5,445 nt of DNA from Naegleria gruberi (lineage: Eukaryota): the NCBI GenBank assembly GCA_000004985.1, contig GG739162.1, one strand, 5' to 3'. This document shows, one piece after another, positions 1 to 5,445 of this stretch (position 1 is its first letter; the number at the start of each line of letters is the position of its first letter). The notes beneath the pieces were generated by a model, which was not told the DNA's origin, ran no database searches, and saw only the letters and a program-made list of their open reading frames with translations. A program made the position numbers and the translations under genes.

Positions 1-13
1 ATATTGATAACAT

Positions 14-20
14 AAAAAAA
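14..20 (-). terminator. RNA polymerase III terminator, T7 run, 2 nt past the tRNA 3' end
   Basis: The minus strand reads ...AGGGTAT-A-AA-TTTTTTT-ATG. A run of at least 4 T on the coding strand is the canonical Pol III termination signal. This supports a nuclear, Pol III-transcribed tRNA gene. Confidence 0.6.
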
Positions 21-22
21 TT

Positions 23-95
23 TATACCCTGTGGGACTCGAACCCACAACCCCCGGCTCCGTAGGCCGATGCTCTTCCAATTGAGCCAAGGGTAC
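23..95 (-). tRNA. Nuclear-type tRNA-Arg, anticodon ACG, 73 nt without CCA
   Basis: Reverse complement reads GTACCCT-T-G-GCTC-AATTGGAA-GAGC-A-TCGGC-CTACGGA-GCCGG-GGGTT-GTGGG-TTCGAGT-CCCAC-AGGGTAT-A. This gives a 7-bp acceptor stem (G1-U72 wobble), 4-bp D stem, 5-bp anticodon stem (U27-G43 wobble), 5-nt variable loop, 5-bp T stem with TTCGAGT loop, and discriminator A. Anticodon A34-C35-G36 follows U33 and reads Arg codon CGU. The internal Pol III A box TGGCTCAATTGG lies at 77..88 and the B box GGTTCGAGTCC at 34..44 on the minus strand. No CCA is encoded, as expected for a eukaryotic gene. Confidence 0.9.
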
Positions 96-264
96 ATATG
101 GTTTTGTTTCAACATTGCTTGTCAAGAATGCTAAAATACAGGTTCAAACAATCTCACCACCCTGGCGCTCGTGAATTTCTGTCTATGATAAATGAATAGA
201 ATGAATTGCATCCGTATTACTGCTTCTGATTCGTATCCTTATGGGCCCATATCTCGCTTTCAAA

Positions 265-270
265 TTTATT
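265..270 (-). promoter_or_regulatory. AATAAA hexamer 13 nt downstream of the stop codon, a possible polyadenylation signal
   Basis: Plus-strand tttatt at 265..270 reads AATAAA on the minus strand, directly after the TAA at 283..285. The region is AT-rich, so chance occurrence is likely. Confidence 0.25.
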
Positions 271-282
271 ATAACTATTTAT

Positions 283-2360
283 TTACTTTTCATCAATTTC
301 TTCAAGGTATTTATACGATTCCTCAACCAAACCATTTTCAGAGCTTTTAAGAAACCATTCTTTTGCTTTCGAATAATCTTGGTCTATTCCAATACCTTTA
401 AAGTATAATAATGCCAAATTATATTGAGCTTGTGCATGACCTTGTTCCGCACTTCTAAGGAACAATTCAAAAGCTTTCGTATAGTCTTTCTCAACAATAT
501 GGGAACCGTTATAATAAAATAAGGCATATTGAAAAAGAGAATTAGGATCGTTGTGTACTTCACATTGTTTAAACCATTCGAAAGCTTTCTGATAATCCTG
601 TTTTTCCAAATAAATCATTCCAATATTATATTGAGCTGCGATGTGTCCATTTTCAGCAGCCTTTAAAAACAATTCCAAACCGAGGTCAATATTCTTCTCC
701 GTACCAAATCCTTGGTAATAACAGTAAGCCAAATTGAACAAAACTTCAGAATCTTCCGTTGGCATGAGTTTTGAAAGAATTTCGAATCCTTTCGAATAAT
801 CTTTAACTGTTCCAATTCCTTTCAGATATAACCATCCTAAATTAAATTGAGCATCAGTATGTCCGTTTTCAGCAGCTTTTCCCATCCAATAAAAAGCTGT
901 TTCTGCATCCCTTTCATATAGATGCAACATTAAGGCAAGATTAAATTGTGAAGATACGAATCCTTGTTCTGCACTCTTCGTATACCATTCTATAGTTTTA
1001 GAATAATCCCTCTCAACACCTCTTCCATATTCATATAATTGCGCAAGATAACCCTGAGCATTGGCATGTCCTTGTTCAGCACTTTTCATGTACCAAATAA
1101 ATGCCTGCTCAAGTTGAGATCTTCTTTCAGATTCATCCACAAATTGATCGGTTTCGTAAACAACTCCAAGATTAAATTGTGCATCAGCATATCCTTGTTC
1201 AGCACTCTTAAGAAACCAATGTTTGGCTGGTTCCATTAGGCTATTCATGTAGTATAATAGTCCAAGATTGAACTGAGCTTTGCCATGTCCTTGTTTTGCA
1301 CTTTGATCATACCAAAAAGCTGCATTAGAGATATCTTTTTCATTGTAATATAATACTCCAAGTCTGTTCTGATCATCTGCATTTCCTTCTTTTGCTCCCT
1401 TTTCTAATTCTTCTTTGGTTTTCTCTATTTTTGGTAATTTTGATAATGTTTTGATTGAATATAGAGAACTGCTTGAAACAATTTCAACAATTTTTTCATT
1501 TTGTTGAAGAGAATCATCCACAAATTGAATAGCTTCAGGATTTTGAGAAACAGCCAAATAACAAATGTCATAATTACTTCTCATCGTGTTAGATGCAAAT
1601 TGTAGAGCTATTCCTCTATTTTTAACGCTTTCAGTAACCAATTCAACATTTCCTTTCAATGTATCTGTAGCATATTGTAAATAGGTACCATCAATGTTTA
1701 CCATTTTCTTCATCTTCTCCAAATCATTGTAATCTTGGATTGTTTTCTTTGGTAACTCAAGTTTTAAATCACTCTCAAAGTTTAAATACATGACCATTTG
1801 TTTAGGAATGAGTTCTATCACTCTTGCATCCTTTTTAACTGCTTGTTCCATGACATTCTTTGAGTACTTCCATTTTTTAGAACGAATAAATTGATAGCTG
1901 CTTGCATTTTGGTTGATAGCTCTCAAAATCACATTCCTAAATTCATGCATTTCTGTAGGAACATATTTCAGATTTAATCCATCTTCACTCAAAGCAGACA
2001 TTACAACAGATTCATTGTTAAGGAACTCACTTTTCAAATTCTTATAATTTGATTCAAAGTTTTCACGGTCAATTTCAGTAGTGTCGTTAAATATTTCTTG
2101 AAATATTCTTTCATTATCCCATCTTGAATCTTGTTCCAAAGTGAGCATTCCCAAGATGATATTCTTGATTATTTTCCATGACTTGATTTCATTCTCTAGA
2201 ATCAGTAATCTTGTTTTTTCATCCAAATTTGGTAATTCTGTATTGTTAATTTCAGTAAACAATTTTTCAAATTCCTTTTCAATATAGTCTTTAGGGCAAA
2301 CTTTTTCTTTTTCAAATATTGGCATTTCATCAGAAAAAATAACTCTTAATAAAGTAACTC
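283..2360 (-). CDS. Terminal exon, including the stop at 283..285, of a multi-exon gene. It encodes the end of a protein-kinase C-lobe (subdomains IX-XI), then DUF4116-like repeats, then about 9-10 Sel1-like repeats.
   Basis: The 680-aa ORF 283..2325 stays open upstream in the same frame to 2360 (...GA GTT ACT TTA TTA AGA GTT ATT TTT TCT GAT GAA ATG CCA). An AG acceptor precedes it at 2361..2362. Joining it to the upstream exon gives DIWSFG-VTLLRVIFSDEMPIF..., the kinase subdomain IX motif DxWSFGvxLxEl. IIKNIILGMLTLEQDSRWDNERIF then matches subdomain XI. The middle of the protein (DGLNLKYVPTEMHEFRNVILRAINQNASSYQF; DGTYLQYATDTLKGNVELVTESVKNRGIALQFASNTMRSNYDICYLAVSQNPEAIQFV) matches DUF4116-type repeats. 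The C-terminal half is made of reiterated A(Q/E)xGxxxAQ(F/Y)NLGxxYxxGxGxxxDxxKAxxW(F/Y)xK(S/A)AEqG Sel1 units. The annotated Met at 2325 is internal and not the true start. Confidence 0.85.
331..1380 (-). repeat. Tandem array of about 9-10 Sel1-like (TPR-family) repeat units of ~36 aa, encoded within the terminal exon
   Basis: Reiterated protein motifs appear: GKAQFNLGLLYY, ADAQFNLGVVYE, ANAQGYLAQLYEYGRGVERDYSKTIEWYTKSAEQG, SSQFNLALMLH, TDAQFNLGWLYLKGIGTVKDYSKGFE, EVLFNLAYCYYQGFGTEKNIDLGLELFLKAAENG, IAAQYNIGMIYLEKQDYQKAFEWFKQ, SLFQYALFYYNGSHIVEKDYTKAFELFLRSAEQG and AQAQYNLALLYFKGIGIDQDYSKAKEWFLKSSENG. The matching DNA-level reiteration is visible on the plus strand as repeated gcatgtccttgttcagcac / gcatatccttgttcagcac / gccatgtccttgttttgcac / gcatgaccttgttccgcac blocks. 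Confidence 0.75.
1486..2004 (-). repeat. About 3 DUF4116-like repeat units between the kinase domain and the Sel1 array
   Basis: Protein segments carry the recurring pattern (D)GxxLxYx(s/t)xxxxxxxxVvLxAVxQNgxALQFAS, for example LKYVPTEMHEFRNVILRAINQNASSYQFI, LQYATDTLKGNVELVTESVKNRGIALQFAS and MRSNYDICYLAVSQNPEAIQFVDDSLQQNEKIV. This matches the Pfam DUF4116 repeat type. It is recognised from memory of the family consensus and is not computed. Confidence 0.55.
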
Positions 2361-2397
2361 CTTATAAGGTTAATAAAGTTATAAGCACCAAACTTAC
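2361..2397 (-). other. Spliceosomal intron, 37 nt, phase 1
   Basis: The minus strand reads GTAAGTTTGGTGCTTATAACTTTATTAACCTTATAAG, with canonical GTAAGT donor and AG acceptor. If unspliced the reading frame runs into a stop (..KFGAYNFINLIRSYFIKSYFF*). If spliced it gives a contiguous kinase subdomain IX and shifts correctly into the frame of the 680-aa ORF (G|GA = Gly). Confidence 0.75.
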
Positions 2398-2654
2398 CAA
2401 AACTCCAAATGTCACTTTTTACTGACCATTTACCAAGACCCTGATATACAATTGGATCTCTATATCCGTTAGTGCCATATTCATCACTACTTGCATAAGA
2501 ACTTTCACTTTCACTCTCAAAATCTTCTGAGTGATATTCAGATAATTCAGAGTTGATTTCATCAAGTTTACTTGCTTCTCCCAAATCTGCTATCATGATT
2601 TTAACATTATGTTTCGTCATGTTTTTAATAAAAATATTACCAGGTTTGATATCT
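2398..2654 (-). CDS. Internal exon of the same gene. It encodes the kinase catalytic loop, activation segment and start of subdomain IX: (R)DIKPGNIFIKNMTKHNVKIMIADLGEAS...GTNGYRDPIVYQGLGKWSVKSDIWSF(G).
   Basis: The ORF-track 96-aa ORF 2330..2620 is the same frame extended upstream to 2654 (A GAT ATC AAA CCT GGT AAT ATT TTT ATT AAA AAC ATG...). Joined to the upstream exon, HR + DIKPGN forms the catalytic-loop motif HRDIKPGN. Then come DLG (a DFG variant) and the TKL-like KWSVKSDIWSFG (compare KYTEKSDVYSFG). The annotated Met at 2620 is internal. Confidence 0.8.
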
Positions 2655-2700
2655 CTTTTTCGAATATATTAAAAAAGTAATATTCGAAACATCAACTTAC
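2655..2700 (-). other. Spliceosomal intron, 46 nt, phase 2
   Basis: The minus strand reads GTAAGTTGATGTTTCGAATATTACTTTTTTAATATATTCGAAAAAG, with GTAAGT donor and AG acceptor. Unspliced, the frame hits TAA immediately after ...GFIHR. Spliced, it reconstitutes ...LHGKGFIHRDIKPGNIFI (kinase subdomain VIb). The intron contains an imperfect inverted repeat, TTCGAATATTA ... TAATATATTCGAA. Confidence 0.8.
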
Positions 2701-2745
2701 CTATGAATAAACCCTTTACCATGTAACTTTTCCAATCCCAACAAA
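2701..2745 (-). CDS. Readable 3' end of an upstream exon of the same gene (kinase subdomain VIa/VIb: ...LLGLEKLHGKGFIH-R). The exon continues 5'-ward into the N gap.
   Basis: The minus strand reads T TTG TTG GGA TTG GAA AAG TTA CAT GGT AAA GGG TTT ATT CAT AG|GTAAGT. LHxxGfIHRD is the conserved pre-catalytic-loop helix and HRD motif of eukaryotic protein kinases. The ORF-track 581-aa ORF 2697..4442 is mostly X because of the gap. Its Met at 4440..4442 abuts the gap and is not a supported start. Confidence 0.7.
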
Positions 2746-4437
2746 NNNNNNNNNNNNNNNNNNNNNNNNNNNNNNNNNNNNNNNNNNNNNNNNNNNNNNN
2801 NNNNNNNNNNNNNNNNNNNNNNNNNNNNNNNNNNNNNNNNNNNNNNNNNNNNNNNNNNNNNNNNNNNNNNNNNNNNNNNNNNNNNNNNNNNNNNNNNNNN
2901 NNNNNNNNNNNNNNNNNNNNNNNNNNNNNNNNNNNNNNNNNNNNNNNNNNNNNNNNNNNNNNNNNNNNNNNNNNNNNNNNNNNNNNNNNNNNNNNNNNNN
3001 NNNNNNNNNNNNNNNNNNNNNNNNNNNNNNNNNNNNNNNNNNNNNNNNNNNNNNNNNNNNNNNNNNNNNNNNNNNNNNNNNNNNNNNNNNNNNNNNNNNN
3101 NNNNNNNNNNNNNNNNNNNNNNNNNNNNNNNNNNNNNNNNNNNNNNNNNNNNNNNNNNNNNNNNNNNNNNNNNNNNNNNNNNNNNNNNNNNNNNNNNNNN
3201 NNNNNNNNNNNNNNNNNNNNNNNNNNNNNNNNNNNNNNNNNNNNNNNNNNNNNNNNNNNNNNNNNNNNNNNNNNNNNNNNNNNNNNNNNNNNNNNNNNNN
3301 NNNNNNNNNNNNNNNNNNNNNNNNNNNNNNNNNNNNNNNNNNNNNNNNNNNNNNNNNNNNNNNNNNNNNNNNNNNNNNNNNNNNNNNNNNNNNNNNNNNN
3401 NNNNNNNNNNNNNNNNNNNNNNNNNNNNNNNNNNNNNNNNNNNNNNNNNNNNNNNNNNNNNNNNNNNNNNNNNNNNNNNNNNNNNNNNNNNNNNNNNNNN
3501 NNNNNNNNNNNNNNNNNNNNNNNNNNNNNNNNNNNNNNNNNNNNNNNNNNNNNNNNNNNNNNNNNNNNNNNNNNNNNNNNNNNNNNNNNNNNNNNNNNNN
3601 NNNNNNNNNNNNNNNNNNNNNNNNNNNNNNNNNNNNNNNNNNNNNNNNNNNNNNNNNNNNNNNNNNNNNNNNNNNNNNNNNNNNNNNNNNNNNNNNNNNN
3701 NNNNNNNNNNNNNNNNNNNNNNNNNNNNNNNNNNNNNNNNNNNNNNNNNNNNNNNNNNNNNNNNNNNNNNNNNNNNNNNNNNNNNNNNNNNNNNNNNNNN
3801 NNNNNNNNNNNNNNNNNNNNNNNNNNNNNNNNNNNNNNNNNNNNNNNNNNNNNNNNNNNNNNNNNNNNNNNNNNNNNNNNNNNNNNNNNNNNNNNNNNNN
3901 NNNNNNNNNNNNNNNNNNNNNNNNNNNNNNNNNNNNNNNNNNNNNNNNNNNNNNNNNNNNNNNNNNNNNNNNNNNNNNNNNNNNNNNNNNNNNNNNNNNN
4001 NNNNNNNNNNNNNNNNNNNNNNNNNNNNNNNNNNNNNNNNNNNNNNNNNNNNNNNNNNNNNNNNNNNNNNNNNNNNNNNNNNNNNNNNNNNNNNNNNNNN
4101 NNNNNNNNNNNNNNNNNNNNNNNNNNNNNNNNNNNNNNNNNNNNNNNNNNNNNNNNNNNNNNNNNNNNNNNNNNNNNNNNNNNNNNNNNNNNNNNNNNNN
4201 NNNNNNNNNNNNNNNNNNNNNNNNNNNNNNNNNNNNNNNNNNNNNNNNNNNNNNNNNNNNNNNNNNNNNNNNNNNNNNNNNNNNNNNNNNNNNNNNNNNN
4301 NNNNNNNNNNNNNNNNNNNNNNNNNNNNNNNNNNNNNNNNNNNNNNNNNNNNNNNNNNNNNNNNNNNNNNNNNNNNNNNNNNNNNNNNNNNNNNNNNNNN
4401 NNNNNNNNNNNNNNNNNNNNNNNNNNNNNNNNNNNNN
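2746..4437. other. Run of 1,692 N, an assembly gap or hard-masked segment
   Basis: Uninterrupted n characters are read directly from the sequence. On the minus strand the gap interrupts the kinase gene immediately 5' of subdomain VIa. Confidence 1.
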
Positions 4438-4442
4438 CTCAT

Positions 4443-4600
4443 TAAGTGTATTTCAAATGACTGAAAATAATGTCGAACTAATTAAGGAATATTTAGTTTA
4501 TGGATCTCATTTGAGAATTGATAAAAGAAATGGTCATTTACTTTTATGTGGAGGAAATAGTAAATATATTAAAGTTTATAATTGAATTGAATCAATTGAC
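4443..4600 (-). promoter_or_regulatory. 158-bp AT-rich intergenic spacer. It lies between the stop of the upstream GPI-anchored-protein gene and the gap-truncated 5' region of the kinase gene. It presumably holds the 3' UTR/poly(A) site of the former and the promoter/5' UTR of the latter.
   Basis: No ORF is conserved across it. A stop (TAA) lies in the kinase frame about 20 codons before the gap edge. Positional inference only. Confidence 0.3.
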
Positions 4601-5445
4601 TTAAAACTGGATAATGAAAATTAAACTAAGCAACAGCAATAACATTAAGGAACAAGCAAAATTTCCATTCGATTCTCCAACTCTTTCACTTGAAGTACTT
4701 CCACTACCTTTCACACCACTATTCGCTGTTGTTGGTTGACTACTTTTAACAGGAGTGACATTTGAAGTTGAAGCTGTCACATTTACAACAGGAGTATTAG
4801 TAGTGTAGTACGGTCCTAACCAATAAGCTGGAAGAGCTTCTCCATGAGGACCAAACATGACAGCAGCTGATTTACCATCACTTCTAGTATTAGCTCTGTA
4901 AGTGACATTTCTTGCTGACATGATCAAATCATATTGATCATTTCTATGAATAATATATTGATTATTTTCAATAATTATATCAGTAATACGTTCTGGATAT
5001 GCACCATTTTGAGGAGAAATCATTGAAACCCAAACATTGTTATCCTGCAAGCTTCCCAAAATGTTATTCGAAATGACATTAAATTGAGTAATCCAACCAT
5101 TAGTTGACAAGGTAGCATTATCATTATACCATAGAGAATCATTCCTTGCACCAGAATGCATTTTAAAAGAGTGGTATCCTCCATCAATTGAAACCCCAGC
5201 AAAATGATTATGTCCAAAGAAAGTTTTGTAACATTGGGTGCATCTCATATTGTGAAATTTCGTATACTTGGCATAGTTTCCCATAAATGCAGATTTAGCA
5301 ATGGACCCAAAGAAATTTCCCTGTGTAGTTGCTGTATTACCAACTGCAATATTGTCGATGTAGAAGAATTCTTGAGGATTGTAAAATGAAGAAATTGGAA
5401 TTCTTCTATAAGGATCATCAAATATCCAATAATAAGGTTCGCCAA
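4601..5445 (-). CDS. 5'-partial gene for a secreted, N-glycosylated, Ser/Thr-rich protein with a C-terminal GPI-anchor-like signal. Its N-terminal ~230-aa globular domain is unassigned. The stop is at 4601..4603.
   Basis: The ORF-track 227-aa ORF 4601..5284 stays open in the same frame to the window edge. There is no stop and no ATG upstream of 5284. The first full codon starts at 5443 and reads GEPYYWIFDDPYRRIPISSFYNPQEFFYIDNIAVGNTATTQGNFFGSIAKSAF-MGNYAKY.... The C-terminus has a Ser/Thr/Asn/Val-rich low-complexity stalk (TTNTPVVNVTASTSNVTPVKSSQPTTANSGVKGSGSTSS). After small residues (ESNGN) the protein ends in a hydrophobic tail, FACSLMLLLLLSLIFIIQF*. That is the classic omega site plus hydrophobic GPI signal of fungal cell-wall proteins. 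Several N-x-S/T sequons are present: NDS, NAT and NVT three times. Confidence 0.75.
   Translation of the reverse strand, partial: GEPYYWIFDDPYRRIPISSFYNPQEFFYIDNIAVGNTATTQGNFFGSIAKSAFMGNYAKYTKFHNMRCTQCYKTFFGHNHFAGVSIDGGYHSFKMHSGARNDSLWYNDNATLSTNGWITQFNVISNNILGSLQDNNVWVSMISPQNGAYPERITDIIIENNQYIIHRNDQYDLIMSARNVTYRANTRSDGKSAAVMFGPHGEALPAYWLGPYYTTNTPVVNVTASTSNVTPVKSSQPTTANSGVKGSGSTSSERVGESNGNFACSLMLLLLLSLIFIIQF

Noticed and set aside
96-282. Possible second small RNA or other element in the tRNA-to-gene spacer, around the GC-richer patch 159..175
   Set aside because: No cloverleaf, snRNA-like box or conserved motif could be folded or recognised by eye. It is most simply the 3' UTR or intergenic region. 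I mention it only within the tRNA-proximity finding.
1039-1239. 66-aa ORF on the plus strand (MRKITLSIGMSLFSTFHVPNK...)
   Set aside because: It lies entirely antisense within the Sel1-repeat coding exon. Its composition is low-complexity, with no motif and no independent start context. It is an antisense artefact of a repeat-encoding region.
2325-2325. Met at 2325 as translation start of an independent 680-aa Sel1-repeat protein, and Met at 2620 as start of a 96-aa protein
   Set aside because: Both Mets are internal. The frames continue upstream to AG acceptors and to the end of the preceding exon respectively. Joining them reconstitutes contiguous kinase subdomains VIb-XI. A stand-alone 96-aa kinase fragment that starts mid-domain and ends in KFGAYNFINLIRSYFIKSYFF* makes no structural sense.
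4438-4442. ATG at 4440..4442 as the start codon of the kinase gene (the ORF-track 581-aa ORF)
   Set aside because: It is simply the first ATG after an in-frame TAA, and it sits flush against the N run. The ORF is 95% undetermined, so the real start and any upstream exon cannot be judged.
5020-5445. Three small ORFs: 5020..5217 (minus), 5204..5389 (plus) and 5245..5445 (minus)
   Set aside because: All overlap the long open frame of the GPI-anchored-protein gene in other frames or on the other strand. That frame is continuous from 4601 to the window edge and has a protein-like sequence. The small ORFs show no recognisable features.
1-5445. Prokaryotic interpretation, for example a bacterial Sel1-repeat protein in an operon or defence island
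   Set aside because: Both the donors and acceptors are canonical GTAAGT ... AG. The tRNA has eukaryotic A and B boxes, a T7 Pol III terminator and no encoded CCA. The kinase is a eukaryotic-type TKL-like kinase. No RBS/operon logic, CRISPR repeats or recognisable defence-system genes are present.

Overview
The window is AT-rich eukaryotic nuclear DNA, not prokaryotic. The evidence is a tRNA with a Pol III A box, B box and T7 terminator, and two spliceosomal micro-introns with canonical GTAAGT donors. It is probably fungal, and the kinase/Sel1 combination resembles Glomeromycotina-type expansions, though that placement is only an inference. All recognisable genes lie on the minus strand.

(1) A nuclear tRNA-Arg(ACG) sits at 23..95.

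(2) One multi-exon gene has readable exons at 2701..2745+, 2398..2654 and 283..2360. The ORF track splits it into three separate ORFs. It encodes the C-lobe of a TKL-like protein kinase fused to DUF4116-like repeats and about 9-10 C-terminal Sel1-like repeats. Its N-terminal part, the kinase N-lobe and anything upstream, is hidden in a 1,692-nt run of N (2746..4437).

(3) A 5'-partial gene at 4601..5445 encodes an N-glycosylation-rich, Ser/Thr-rich protein with a C-terminal GPI-anchor-like signal. Its ~230-aa N-terminal globular domain is not recognisable.

There is no CRISPR array, rRNA or recognisable mobile element, and I see no prokaryotic defence-type system. The most notable items are the mis-split kinase-DUF4116-Sel1 fusion gene with its unusual kinase activation segment, and the sequence hidden in the gap.
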